A stretch of DNA of 64,000 bases from Podarcis cretensis (Eukaryota), in NCBI GenBank assembly GCA_951804945.1, contig OX638153.1, positions 51,150,001 through 51,214,000 on the forward strand. The letters run 5' to 3'. How positions within the stretch are numbered: the first letter of the stretch is position 1; every line of letters begins with the position of its first letter. The notes under the pieces were generated by a model. It made no database searches and had not been told where the DNA came from. It worked only from the letters and a program-made list of their open reading frames with translations. A program made the translations under genes and the position numbers. Below, in pieces: positions 1 through 13,786 of the stretch.

Positions 1-489
1 TGTGGCTTTCTCTCCCATTCTTATTGGGGATAATAAAAGAACTGGGTATTATATACTTCATGCCCCTTGAGCTGCTTTACTTTTCTGTTTAAAAGATCCT
101 GTCTTACAAGAAGCCCTTAAAAGGGTAGGAGACCACTACTCCTTACTGGAAGACAGAAAGAACTCTGGATTGATATGGACATGCTTGGGCAGCAGACTTT
201 TTAACCAACTGTGTATGCTAGTTGTAAGCTAAAACATGACACAAATCAATTCACTGAGAAATGGAGTTATTTATAAACCTCTGAAATAACAAATTTCATG
301 AAAATGTGTAGATAGAGAACATCCAGATTTTTCTGATTTAATTTTTTTACATTTGTTACTTGTCAGTGATTAATCTGTTTTTTTTTTACTTTTTATCAAT
401 GATATATTTGTATTATTTACATTTCTTGATATTTTAATAATAAACTATATAATTTTTGATAGGAGAATGTGTTATAAGTATAGAAATAT

Positions 490-1050
490 GACACACAATG
501 TTGGTTGAGAATTATAGAAAGAAGTAAACTAACCTTCCCTATTGCTAGACATGTTGTAACTGAAGGGGTTCTTGAAAACATATTTAGAAATCTTCCGGAA
601 ATATTCATAGCCATTCACATTTCTAATGAAGCAATCGCACAGTGGCTTAATAATAATCAGATATTGGAAAAATCTTTCCATATTTGGATTGTTCATAGAA
701 GCTATGTTGTGAATCTTGTGCAGCATACTGAGTTGGAAAATACCTTTTGAATAGCATTTGTTTCTGCCCTTGTGATGCTGCATTTTAGCTCTTTGATATT
801 GACATGTTGAACATATAAGTGATTTGGTGGTGCTGGGCAATGCATTGCAATTGTCAGAAAAGTATAGTAGTATTTCTCCATGCTAATAAATTATCATGAA
901 AATTGACCATTATAGTCTTGTCTGCTTTCCACACTATTACTATGACACTCTTTCTTCTTTTGGACAAAGCCATTCTGATCAAACCAGTGATGTATCTTCC
1001 TAATGAGTTTGAGGCCACCCGCAGGACTACCCAGCTGTGTAAATTGTGTG
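490..1050 (-). mobile_element. Degraded L1/Tx1-clade LINE ORF2 fragments
   Basis: Minus-strand peptides KGIFQL...FFQYLII, GKVSLLLSIIL and LIRMAL...VIVIVWK resemble the post-RT motifs (KGI..L, FFQYLQ, KG.IS.LY, AR..I...WK) of non-mammalian L1 ORF2. Heavily decayed. Confidence 0.4.
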
Positions 1051-1708
1051 GCAATTGGTCTTTGAGGGTAGCTTGCTAAAGAACCTGCATCTAAATCAGG
1101 GATAATCCCTCCTATATTAAAATTTTTACTTAGAGATGATCATTTGTGTATTTGGCAGTAAAATGCTTTCTTTGCTCAATTGCACATTTTTATCAAGACA
1201 GCTGCAGTGCATATGGTTTTGTTAGCTATTTATATGATGTTTTCTTACAGTGTGAAAATATTCCTGCCACATTTGTTCTAAAAGTGTCCAGTTTTTTTTA
1301 GAGTTTGTATTACAAAAAGAAGAAGAGCGAAAGTAGGTAATGTAAAGCCTTTATTTGGTCCGACTCTAACTCTTGTTGGTGTGGAATAACATTTTAAGTT
1401 TTGTAAATAGGAATGCAGAAATACTTGGCACCTTGTTATCCAGGTTTCTTAAGATTCTTGTTATCATCCCAGCCCTATCCTTGGGAAGAGTGAAGTGCTT
1501 GGGTAGCAGATGCAGGGATGTATGTGGGTAGCAGTGTTGGCAGCCCCTTGGCCATTTCATCATTGGTTATGAAATAGATTCAGCTGCCAGCCCATCTTTT
1601 CTCCATGGAACAATAATAAGTTAAAAGACCATACAATAATTAATGCAACAATTATTTGAACATTATGGCAGTAGAGTCATTGGATGTGCAGTCAGTCACT
1701 CTCATATA

Positions 1709-1950
1709 CAGTGGTACCTCTACTTACAAACGTGATCCGTTTAGTCCGTAAGTAGAGCACTGCTACTGTGCGTGCGTGACGCATGATAGAGCGCTCCTGT
1801 GCATGCGTGAAGCGTACAGATCACTTCTGTGTGTGTGTGTGTGTGTGTGCGCGCGCGCGCGGTGAACCTGGAAGTAAACACTTCCGGGTTTGCCGCTTTC
1901 GTAAACTGAAAAGCTGCAACGTGAAGCAAATGTAACACGAGCTATGACTG
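1709..1950. mobile_element. Tc1/mariner-superfamily (pogo/Tigger-like) MITE
   Basis: TA|CAGTGGTACCTC...GAGCTATGACTG|TA, with imperfect TIRs and a TA TSD. Internal hairpin AACCTGGAAGT/ACTTCCGGGTT and an internal (GT)n(GC)n tract. Confidence 0.75.
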
Positions 1951-4666
1951 TATAGTTGCAGGGATGGAATGCATGCAACAGCTCTGCTAATATAAATATA
2001 TTTCACTTACTGTTAGAGTGATGTGAGTTTTCCTAATCTGTAGTGTTTCCCCATGTTGGATTTTTGATTACATATCAGCATTTCACCATGAATGTGAAAT
2101 ACTGTTGATTTGTTGTGCAAAAGCAGCATGTTCATGACAAAGTTGAAAGAGCATTCTCTGGAGTACCCCTGCCTACTGAAGCAGGAAATTTATTTTCTCT
2201 GTCTCTCCTTGACCCTTTCTATCTGATAGACAAAACAAATGAAAACAAACCATGGATTGGAACTTTGTTTTTTAATTATCTTTTCTCCATAGTCATCCAC
2301 AAAAAGACTGTGTCCTGGAGGGCTTTATGTACTGCATCAGTCTTGCTATTTAGGAGCTCTGGAAGTATTTTTAGCAAATATTAGTAGTGGAGCCAAAGGG
2401 GTATTTTGAAATGGACTAATTCACCAAGCAGTCAGCTGAAACTAATAACCCAGCATCAGGGATAGCGTAGCATTAACAATCTAAGGGTGTGGGGACATCG
2501 TAACTCACAATTGTTAATGCATTGCAGAAAGGTTATAATTTGCTCTAACTGAAATTTGACTTTATATTGTAGGTATGACAAATATTTTGGCATTGCAAAT
2601 AATTAAAATTTTAATAAAAGTATAAGCGTAGTTTCTAATTGTTATTTGTAAAGTGTTATTTAACAAGCAACTAGTAAAGAATGACTAAAATGAGATCAAA
2701 ATATAGTCCACATACACACACATCCCAGATAGACACAGGTGCCTTTTAATAACAAAAAAATACAGGTTTTAAAAAAATTTTAAAACCTCCAAAATGTTAA
2801 AATTAGACATGCAGTTCTTGACTGCCCTGAGCGGACAGTTAGAATCATTATAAATGCCTCAAGAGGCCTCAGAGCTATGTGGTAAAATTGAGCACTTCAC
2901 TGAAAACACACAAGCCTTCCCCCAGAAGTTTCGTCACTTCTTGCCTTGCAGAAAACTGCATTCTTGAGTGGGAGATTTTCTGCAGCTCACTGCTGCCACT
3001 TTGCTGTGCAAAACTAATTCTCCACCTGTATTCCTTTGATTTTGTTCTATAGAAGGAAAACGGCAAGAAAAAAATGGCCTCTGCCCAATAACACTGGTTA
3101 TTGGCAAACACTTTTTAACAGCTCTCATCCTTCAGCCTCCATTTGTCCAAATGTCATCAGGTTTTCTTTGTTCTTTAAGAAAAATGCAACTATCACTGTG
3201 GTTTGGTTCCCTACCAGGAAGCAGAAATATCTTTTCTATCCCATTGGAGCTATAGTATATTGTGCCTGTGTGAGCAGACTGTTGTCTTTTTTGTGTGGAA
3301 GGGTTGCACAAATTGACTACCACGTGTACATCTGTATCATATATTAGAGGTGCTGGGAGCACATGAGTGTTTATGCTTTATCACCATTCCCAGGGAGGAG
3401 AATGCCTGCTTACCCTGTGACAGGAGTCACCAACATGGCATGTGTGGTCACTAAATGTTTCTGCAGAGACCTTCCTCAGTGCCACAATCCCCCATCCTGC
3501 CCTTTCCCCTGTTGAAATTAGACTTGGAAGTAGCATTCAGTTGAAGTCAATAAAATAGGTTGTCGTGTGTTCTTGGTTGCAGGGTGTGCGTGGTGTCTTG
3601 AGAAAGTTTCTTCAATTTGTAGATGTAGCTACAGGCTGTAAAAGGTGAGCAAGTACTACTCAATATTTAGCTCCCCCTGCTAGAGAGGTACAAAGATTTT
3701 CTAGCCCTTCCTTTTGGTATCTGCCATGATGGATGAGTCCTATCTGTCCCCACAAGTTTTTGTCTGCTCTGCTCCTCTCTTAGCACTTCTTACACCATCA
3801 CAAAGACTCAATTTTCTCTTGTTACGACAGCAAACTGAGCTGGGGGGTGGGTTAGCATCTAACCCCTAGCCCTTTGGCTCTAGGCTCTTAACAGAGAACA
3901 AGCCCCAATGTTCCATATAATACAGCAGCGTTCACTAGGTAGTTCACTCATTAACCCTGCTCTCCCCTGTGTTGGCTGTCTCTTCTTGAGGATCTGTGTT
4001 CTAGAGACGGGCATATAATGCATTAATAACATCTACATTTAATAATATAATGAGATAAATTGATTAAGCTTTAATTGGACAATTAAGCTTTTTAATGCCT
4101 TTGATAAGTGTTCCATAGCAGCCTGATGAGCAGAGCTACCAGTTGACAGCAAATACATTTATTTTGTTTTTTTAGATCAGGAGGGCTCAGTTGTTAACAG
4201 ATGGTATATGGTTAACAGATGCTATGCGGCAATATGAATTATGTTCCATGTAGATTAAAAAAAACCTGAATTCCAAGAGCGTTTAATTCATAAAGCTTCA
4301 AGTAAGAGGTCAAGTTGGGTGACTGTAATGGTCCTCCTTTGACCATTAAGCTTTTCAACTGTAATCTGAAAACGATTAGGTAATGCAGCCCAAAAGTATA
4401 GTTGAGAGTGTAGCGTTTTTGTTTTTCTCCCTTGTATGAGGATCAAAACAAGCTAAATTTTTCAGAGCTGGATAAGAACATTATTGGGAGATTTGACAGC
4501 AAATTCAGCAGCACGTTCTTCTTTTACAGACTCATCATAAGCTGTAGCAGTCAAGAGAATGATCAGCATTATTTGTAGCTAAAACATAATAGTGTCTTTT
4601 GATGAAATGGGGCAGAACCAGACACCTCCGCCATCTATATTGGAAACCTCCACCCCATCTCTTTTA

Positions 4667-4817
4667 TTGTATTTATTCGAATGTAATGCACACCTTTTTT
4701 TGGACAAATTACTTCATGAAAATTAGGGTGTGCATTAGATTTGATGTTGCCAGCAAATACTTTTTTGGTTTCAAGGTTTTGAAAATTGAGGTGCACATTA
4801 GATCCACATAAGTACAG
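4667..4817. mobile_element. Tc2/pogo-like non-autonomous DNA transposon (MITE)
   Basis: TA|TTGTATTTAT...ATAAGTACAG|TA termini, with repeated subterminal GTGCA(CA)TTAGAT motifs. Confidence 0.6.
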
Positions 4818-4999
4818 TATTTCTATCATTGGTTTGAAGACACTTTAAGCTAGTCCCAATATTTCCTATGGCAAGTGAGCTCAAAGTGTTGTACAAGGGC
4901 CCACTCCATGCCACAATTTGTTCTTAGATGTAGACGAGAGGCACCAGTGCAGTACTTCCAGAAGTCATGGCTGTGATAGAATCGCAACATGGTAAATAG

Positions 5000-5660
5000 T
5001 GTTACAGGCCACCCCAGTCTCTGCTGATTGGTAGCAAGATTCCGGAGATCTTGTTTGGCACTTAACCATGGTTTGTGTTCTGTGGGAATAAGACACAGCA
5101 GAGACAGTTGTGTCTTTATGAAATGTGGTTTATTTTACACATATTTACAACCTGAGTTTTGATGGAGGGAGTGCAGAACATTTACACCCTGAGTGTCTTT
5201 CTTTGCTCTTCCCATAGCTTCAGCAAACTTGGGTCTTAAAGCAGCAGCCAGTCATGTCCCCCTCCCAGTCTCTGAGTGCAGCCTCTCAGCCAGCATGCAT
5301 TGAATTCTGGTGCCTCCTTTCTCCTTCCCAAAAACTCTTGCCCCAAAACCTCAGTTTAAATGGACATATTTTTTTCTGTGGTGACATCACACCCCCGTTA
5401 CCCTGGCAACCTCTCCCTTCATGTTGCTATCATCCTCTGCCTGGCTGATGGCTCCCATTATCAAACAAACCATTATTAGCCTTTTGTGTCTTCAGCGACT
5501 GCCCACCGGCCACCACATAGAGTCATCACCAGGCTGGCCTCATGATGAAGCTAGTTGGTGTTATTTCCAACCCTTGCTAAATTCATGAATTTATGAGTTT
5601 GCTCAAGTTCTTGACTGAATGTAGCGATTATGGGGGTTTGCCCCCCCCTCAATCATAGCA
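5000..5660 (-). mobile_element. Probable solo LTR
   Basis: TGTTAC...ATAGCA termini (TG..CA, imperfect inverted) and flanks ATAG/ATAA. A minus-strand AATAAA at about 5129-5134 and a TATA-like TTTAAA at about 5356 are in LTR order. Confidence 0.5.
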
Positions 5661-6164
5661 ATAACTTACCAATGCCTGAGTGATTGTGTTTTCATCAGCT
5701 GGTTTGTGAATGGTCACTGTAGTGATTTTACCTACATTATTAAACACTGGATTGTATCCCATGTAGCACTAAGTGCATGCTCCATCAGTGCACGGATTTC
5801 TGTTTACACACCAGAGCACCCTCCACACCTGCACACTTCTTAAATCTGTTCTGGGATTACCACAACCCTCTGGAGCAATTTCACTCTGGAGGATGTGGGG
5901 TCTGCACAGGAGGGAGTAGAGGGGAGAAAGTTCCATTGAGCAAGCGGAAATCCCTGTGTTGATGGGACGTGTTAGTTGAATATTGCCTGTGAAGTAGTTT
6001 TCTTTTGTAAAATGTCCTGTGTTCCTCTGATGAAGGGCAGTATAGAAATTAAATAATGTACTTCCCTTTGACCTCACCTAACAATGTGTATATACCTGCC
6101 AGCTATATATATACCTCCTCTCTTTTTCCACCTAATTATGTGCATATACCTAACAACTTAAAGC

Positions 6165-6219
6165 TTCATGCACCTGATGAACTGAAGTCCACTCCACTCT
6201 ATGAAAACCTATGCTATAA

Positions 6220-6220
<1 letters not shown>
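6165..6220 (+). mobile_element. Degraded Penelope-like terminal fragment with a hammerhead core remnant
   Basis: GCAC-CTGATGA-[decayed stem II]-GAAA-ACCT-ATGC followed by an A/T tail. Confidence 0.45.
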
Positions 6221-6221
<1 letters not shown>

Positions 6222-6267
<46 letters not shown>

Positions 6268-6268
6268 G
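6222..6268. repeat. (TAT)n microsatellite
   Basis: Directly visible. Confidence 0.95.
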
Positions 6269-8239
6269 ATGTTGCAGCAAGAGCAAAGAAGAATCTTGCA
6301 ATAGGTGAGCATAGCTACCCACCTGGCATTCTGAAGAGACTGAAAAGCTTTCCTTTCAAGAAAGGCAAATAATACTTTGTGATGCCAAAAGAAAATCTGT
6401 CCAACTCAACTGCTGTTGGGTTTGATTAGTGACAAGTGGAAACAGCTGGGCAAGTGTCCAGCTGGATGTGGCTGATAAAAAAAAAATATGTCTGGAAAAT
6501 CAGGAGTGATCACTTGAGCATTGTCATATAATTGCCTTTTCCACACATGCTTCTGGTGATAATGGATATGTACACAGTACTCAGATGCTGGTGTCAATGA
6601 AAGCTATGTTAAAGGCTGAAGCTGCAGAAATACAGATGTAGTCCCCTGGGAACATCATCTGTGCATTTCCTACTGAAAGCAGTGGAACCTATTCTAGATT
6701 CCCTGCTTTCCTCTGGATAAGGGATGGTGACTTCCAATAATTTCAGTGGGGTTTGGATGGACAGTTGCCCAGTATGTACTATACAAGAATCAAACCCAAC
6801 CACAAAAATTATCCTGTTTTTACAGCTTGGCAACTGACCTAGTTGTTAATATAATGCCTCATGGACCATGTTTCAAGTGGGAATACAGTGGCTGGAGATG
6901 AAGGTTCCTTGACATCAGGGAAGAAGCATTTGTGGATTTGTTCAGCCAGCCAGTTAAAAACCACAAGGGATTTGACCGCTAATGCTGATGCAGATTCACA
7001 CGTGGATCTCTCTGTGTTAATTATCAAGTCTCTTGGCAGACACAGCTACTGCTCTGCTTCCACTTCAGTGTAATTAATCATCCGGCCTGAATCAAAGGAA
7101 AAAGCAGCTGCTTTTGCCCTCATTAGCTGGAGAAAAACTGGAAACTTCTGTGTCCAAAAGACTCTTATCCTGCAAGAAGGCAAAAAATATTTGCCTTTAT
7201 CCATTTCCTCACGGCACTGTGGGAATTTGTTTTTTTACCTTAAGAAATATACAGGACTATACTAAGTTCTGTAAGCAACTAAGTTACTAGTTACTAGAAG
7301 AATAAAGTGCACTCTGGCCTAGCATGGTTCCTGTTTGAAAATTTGAAAGGAGAAAAATAATTACTTTGTTCTGTGCAGACTGTTGTCTGTTTTTTTTGCA
7401 GATCTGGGAGAAGGAAACACTGATCACAGAATGTTGCATTAGTTGTCGGTCTTCCTTGATGCAGTGGTCAATTTTCAGTCATGGTAACCATGGGGATGAG
7501 CAGTGTCTAGATGTTTCCAGTTAGGGGTACTTTTTACAGGACCACTGGCTCCTCTCTGGGAGGGGAGTCACTTTTGGTTTCAGGCGAGGGCATTCCTATT
7601 CACATACTGTACCTCATAAAGATTATGTTAATCAAGAATTGTTCAAAATGTTGATGCATATGGAGGTACCAATGATTTGAAAGATCCCGAAGTTGATTTA
7701 GCTGGAAAAGGTAAATGCAAGTTTCCTTTTAAATGCTTCTCCCTTTTAAGTATTTTCTAAATAGCCATCTTAGAAACTAACAGTTTCTACAGTGTCTAAG
7801 TATAATGGGGTCTAGTTGTCACTTGGAGCTTAATTTGGCCCAAATCAATCTTGGTATCACATGCTTTATTTCACCCCTAAGTTTCCACTTTGAAATGTGT
7901 TTCTGCCTCTGTGCATTTACCCTCTGTGATATGGGCATATGTCAGTTGTCATTGTTGCTCCTGAGGACACCGGAGAGATGGAAGGGCACTGACCCATCTC
8001 TAGTTGGGAATGCCCCCTCTAGCTAATGACCTTATGAACAGTGTCCTATGTTTCAAGGGATAGAGGTTTAAACGACCAGCTTCCATCTCCCTGCTCCCCA
8101 CTCCCCATTATTAGGAAGTGTTGGACTATAACCCTATTCAGTTATTTTATTCTGTTTTGAAACAACTTGTGGGAGTGTGTATTCATGCCTGTGTTGCCCT
8201 TCCTTCAGTGTTCCTGTTCTTGGCTGCTCCACACCTAAG

Positions 8240-8818
8240 TGTCACATGTTGAATGGGAAGGTCTGAAGAAGAGGCAGTGCTTGGCACTTAAAGCACCCAG
8301 AGCACAGTGACAGGGTCTGCCAGGATGCTGATAAGTATGCACCAGGGGAAGAGGGGCTGGAGTCTGACTCAGGAGAGGGGGTTAGTGTGGTCTGTGGGGA
8401 CCTGTACTGCTGAAGCCTGGAGGTAAGAAGCACAGGTAGAGAAGCTGGAGGAAGAGCTGGGGAGAGAGGCAGGCCAGGCAAGTGAAGGGCTGGGTGCTTT
8501 CCCACCCTCGTGTGCACAACCAGGAGAGGACTGAAGCAGGAAGAGCAGGAGCAGCTTCCACACAGGCATAGTCTCTGGCTACAGTGTTCACAGCATGCTG
8601 GAAGAAGGTACATAAACTGGTGGAGGGGGAGTGGTCTCCAGTTGCTGCGACTGCTCCATAGACTGAGGACTTGGGAATAGCTGCCTAGATGCTACATTGC
8701 TGTGCTTAGGTCTCCAGAGCTGTAGAAGCAACTATGTTATCTTTGACAGTAACGAGTTAACTTTGTGCCGTGTGCATTCATTGGCTGGGAAGCACCTGTG
8801 ACACACAGGCCCTTAACA
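8240..8818 (+). mobile_element. Probable solo LTR (Gypsy-type, purine-rich)
   Basis: TGTCAC...TTAACA termini, a GA-rich body, CATAAA at about 8611 and a polyA-like AGTAAC at about 8748. Architecture is similar to the LTR at 60346. The TSD is weak (CTAAG/CAAAT). Confidence 0.4.
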
Positions 8819-9844
8819 CAAATGTGTAAATCTGAATTTATATGTGTAAATGTCTCTGGGAAATTAAGATAGTAGCCTCCAAATAAGCAAAGTAAAATAA
8901 AAATAAAAAGATGGGAGGTGCAGGAGACCTGGGGCTTGGGCTCCACTGAACAACTCCTGAAGGTGGATACTAAGAGCATGTGGTTGAATTCACTTAGCAA
9001 CTTCCCTGTAATTGGGAGCCTTGTGGTGGTAGGGTTCCCTATCATGAGGATGCTCCTGAGCCCCCCCCCCCCCGCTCCCTGCAACCTGCATTATACATTA
9101 AAGCTATATTGTACCATTTTGAACAGTTGTGGTTCCCCATCCCCTTGAGTGCTGGCTGCTAAGGGTGCTGAGAGTTATTAGGAAATCCTTATTCCCCTTA
9201 CAGAGCTGCAGTTTTCAGAGTGGTTTAACAGCCAGTCTCTCTTTCCTTGGAATTCTGGGAATGGTTTCCCTGTGACAGGACAAGGTGTATATATGTGTGT
9301 GTGTGTGTGTGGGGGAGATATGTGCAAAGGGGATTAGCCTCAGAGTCTGTTAAATTTAAAATGTGGCAGTGGGTCTGCCTTCTGGTTCCAGAAGGTGGCA
9401 ATGTGGCTCATGCTGAAAAACTGAGCAAGGAAACACCAAGCCTTATTATTTCCCATTTAACATAAACCTGCTAAATACTGTGCCATGACTGTCATATAAA
9501 GTAAATCCGTTTTTAAACTCCCAGTTCTAAATGTTTTTTTTCTAATTCTGTTCAGAGCTGAAATAATGCTTCAGATTTTAAACACTTTAGCTAGATTGTA
9601 ACTGTACTTTTTAGTAGAAAAGTTAGTTAAAAATGGATGTATAATTCAAGAGCTACAGGGTTTTGCCACATCATCTTCTGAATGCTAAAATCAAAAGTAT
9701 TACAGAAGAAAGCTTTTTCAAACTGATAGCTGGTGGCAAAGCTACAAATAAAGTTCATTTTCACAGCATAGTGATTGAAAGTGGTAGAATAAACAAGACT
9801 GGAAGTTAGATTATACTGCTCTGGTTCCTAGGTCACACTAAGCT

Positions 9845-9974
9845 GGAGGGGGATGTTTGGCCTTCCAGATGTTGTTGAACATCAACTCCCATCAGGCCCA
9901 GCAAGTATTGCTAATGTCCAGGATGATGGCAGCTGCAGTTTAGCATCTGGAGGGCCAAATGTTCCCCAGTCCTG
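9845..9974. mobile_element. Old palindromic hAT MITE
   Basis: GGCCTTCCAGATG...CATCTGGAGGGCC inverted arms, same family as 14787 and 25986. Confidence 0.65.
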
Positions 9975-12900
9975 TGCTAAGCTGGAACTTGGTTTAGTGT
10001 GACTATGGGCTCCCCAAAAGGAGCTCACAGCCACTTTAGTTCTTCCAGTCATTTTGGTGTGGTACCATGCTGAACTAAACCTAAACAAACCTTGGTTATA
10101 TCTTGTGGTTAGTCTGGAGATAACTGTACTATGAGCCTGTGTTTGGACAATAAGCTAAACCAAGCCATTGCTTATCTCAGTACATTGCAGCAGCAAAATG
10201 TCCAGGGAGAAGCAGCTGTGATCTTCTCCCCAGGTCATAAATTACAGATGCCCTGTGAAATTAGGCTGCTGATTTAATATGGAAAGGGATTATTTATATA
10301 GAGAAACTAGGCCATGCATTTTAATATGTTTCATTTTAAATAAAGAGACTTCCTTTCTGTCGCCCATGGAATGTACATTCTTGTGTAGCTGGTGTAACAT
10401 GCTCTGAATTAAAGAAAATATGAAGACGAGCTCCTTTACTTCTTACCCAGACACAAACTGAACAGTGAGAGTTAGCTCTGAGAATGCAGAGGTGGAATGG
10501 AGAGGTAGAATATGCAGCAACTTTGTGCATATTTTCTGCATAAAGTATTGCCAAATAGGGCTGAGCACTGTGGGTTAAATAGGGAGTAGCTGAATATTTT
10601 GAAACTATGATGAATAACATTGGTATTAGTGGGATAAATAATGGCTGAACAATCATGTATAGAACTTCACAGTACAAGAAGTCAGCATCCTGATAGCAAA
10701 ATTCCTATTGTTGGCACACTCTGTAGTTCTTTCTACAATACCCTTCCATTCCAGAGAGCTGACAGAATGTTCTCTTGCCTGGTTAACTATTGATTGCTAT
10801 TGTTAATGTTTGGTGGCATGATTTATGTGGTCAGCCAGAGTCCCTTGTTCTTCCTGTAGCAAACAATAAACAACTGTAGCTTGTAAGTGCTGACCTCAAA
10901 AAAATTCAAATAGGCATATTCCATTTAGCATGTGAGTTTTTAAAGAAGATGAGTAATGGGCAGCAAACTTTAATTTTTTAAAAACAGAGGGAATAAGAAT
11001 CCTTCATCATCTTTAGGGCCTTTTCTTTTTTACCTGAATTTTTACTGTGTCTGATAGTTAGGGGTTAGGTTGACATAAAATATACTAAGAGCATTAGCAC
11101 AATTAGGGAGTAAATCACTGAGAATTGTCATAAATAGCAAGCTCACGTAAAACAGCAAAGGGTGCTGCTATTACTCATTGGAATCTGATTAAGATCAAGG
11201 ATTTCTGAGTGTACAAAATAAGGACAAATTATGTGAACTGATAGGTTTCGGATAAGGTCTGGCAGCCTGGAACACTGAAGCCTTCTTTCATGCCATCACC
11301 ATTATTGGGGTACTAAGATAGTCCTGTAATGGGTTCCATCATTCCTCCTGATCTAGCTTTCACTATGGGTTCTTCTGGACTATTGTGGTGTGATCAGCCA
11401 CCAACTGCGCTCATCTGTTGACTGTTGTCTGCTTAAAGGGCCAATTCTGTAACTGAAGAGATGGGGGTTTCCTTTTGGATTGCATCCACGTATCTTGAAC
11501 CAGTTATGTTGCCATGTCTGATGATTTCTAAATGGACTCTGATGCATGGTGTACTGAAATGTTGTTTCTAGCTTAGAAATGGTTAGCTTGACAAGAAGTT
11601 TTTCATTTTCCATGGGGGCCTCCTGACTATTTGGTGGCAAAACTACACAGCACAATTATCTGGAAAATTGTGACTATGGGGGCTCCACCACTTGACGAAC
11701 CCAAAGTACCCTTCTTCCATTCTTGGAAGAACAGATTTCACAGTACTTGAGCATAGTGAGGTGGAATTGGGAACCCGAGCAAAGACTGGTAAATGCTTGA
11801 TCAGGCCCTTGCTGTCCCACTAGAGAGAGACATGGGGGCACTGGATGAGCTGTGGCTTCTCTGTTTGGGCAAGGGCTGAGAATGACAGAAGCACAGGGCT
11901 GGACAGGCTTTTCAGAATCTCAGTGGTTTATAACTAACAGATGGAAAGGCTGATGTGAGCAACCAAGCAGGAGGAAAGAAGGTGGGATTTAAACAGCCAT
12001 CCTAATCCTGGTTGGTAAAGGCAACTAAGAAGGTTGTGCTTATTAGTCCATAAGCAAGCAGTCTGGAGAAAAGAGTGGGGGGTATAATCAGGGTCTGAGG
12101 GGTTTATGCAGGCAGAGTCATTTGGCTGGGATTTTGATTTAGCTTGGGGAGGAAGTTTTTTTCTGGATATTTTATGCTTGGACAAAGGAATTGCCCACAA
12201 GGGTCAGACTAAAGTCCACCACAGCTTGGAATGGGTCCTCTCCCCTGTTTCCTAACCCTGGCAACTGATACTCAAAGACAGTCTAGCTCTGTACATGGAG
12301 GCTTATAGGAGCTGCCTTGTTGGATCAGTCCAAGGTCTGCAGGGATAGACTATTTATTCCAAATCTCTCAGCACCTCTCTACCTCTGGTGGTTGGTAAAA
12401 TTATCCTGCCATTTTTGCGTGCTCTGTATTTTATACTCTGCATTTCAGAAACAATATAAAATAGTCTCTGTATTCTACTCTGTGTATTCAGCATGCACTG
12501 AAATAGGTATTAATTTTCTGCTATGGCTACACCCACTTTTCCATGTGCCGCCCTGCAAGGTTGGCTATGGGTCAGTGTGGCTCTTATCCTAGAAAGGGTT
12601 AGCTACCCCTCTGATAAAAGATTCTCCATAAAGGTTGGTGTTTTGTTTTTGTTTTTTTTGTATTGAATCTTACCACAAAGACTCATCTTACACATTTTCC
12701 TGCAAAGGATCTTAGGGAGCAACAGTAGCAAACTGGAAGTGCTGGTACAGTATTTGGTACTGAAGTGTTTTTCTTCACACTATACACAATTGTTTGGTTA
12801 ATCTAAGGAAGAAACCACTTCCTCCCCCAAATACACTAACTAGCTCAATCTACAATGTAGTGGAGGCTGCTTGGCAATTTTTATACAGCAAGTATGCCAA

Positions 12901-13786
12901 ATCTGTCTGCTACTAGAAAAATGCTACATAAAGCTGTTAGCAGTTGCTACAGGCACTGAAATACGATGGAAACCCAAAAATATTTTTGATAACACTATTT
13001 AGTATGCAGTATCCATGGAAACCTGAATCTTTCATATAGTACAAACTGAGATCTTCCAACTACGTTTAAATACTAGCAATATTTTCTGCATCTGATGATA
13101 CATTTGCCAAATACAATTGGAAATTCATATTGAAAGCAGCTATTGGAATGCCTTTCACATCCCTGAACTAGGGCTGACTCTTATCACTGGACAATGACAC
13201 CACCACGTTGAAATTTCAACAATATTGAGGAAATCCATTTTCATTCCGCAAGTATAGTTTACAAATCCCTGAGAGGGCTGAGCAAAAATGGGCTGCCAAA
13301 ATTCACTTATGGGTGGCAAAATGGGGCTAATTTCTCAGATACTAAATAAAAATATTAAATATTAAATGTGAAAAAAATCTAGCACATTTCTGAAAATGTC
13401 TGTTTCAAAATGTTGAATGGAACTCAATTGGTAGCTCATCTTGAAGGATAGAGAAAGCAATGGCCTAAGATTAGGAAGACTGGGAGGAGTGGGATACAAG
13501 CTTGTTGCTTCCTTCAACAATACTGGGAAAAAATATTAATACTGGATCCAAGATTCATGGATGGTGAAATTGTTTTGCTGAATATTTTGCTCCAATTCTA
13601 AGCTGTTGCTGGAAATCCCTTCTCCCTGAAAGAGGGGTGTATTCAAATGTATCAAGTAGAGAAATACCCTCTTCACAAATCTAAAATTTCTTTCTTGTAG
13701 GATTTTGCTTGCCACAGGCCAAATCATGTGTTCCATTTAGCTCGTTAGGGGCATCCAAGTCAGAGGAAAATCCCCCAACAGATCAT

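Noticed and set aside
8242-8613. Pro/Ser-rich 123-aa ORF as a gene
   Set aside because: It is the antisense translation of a purine-rich LTR-like repeat, with no splice signals or homology.
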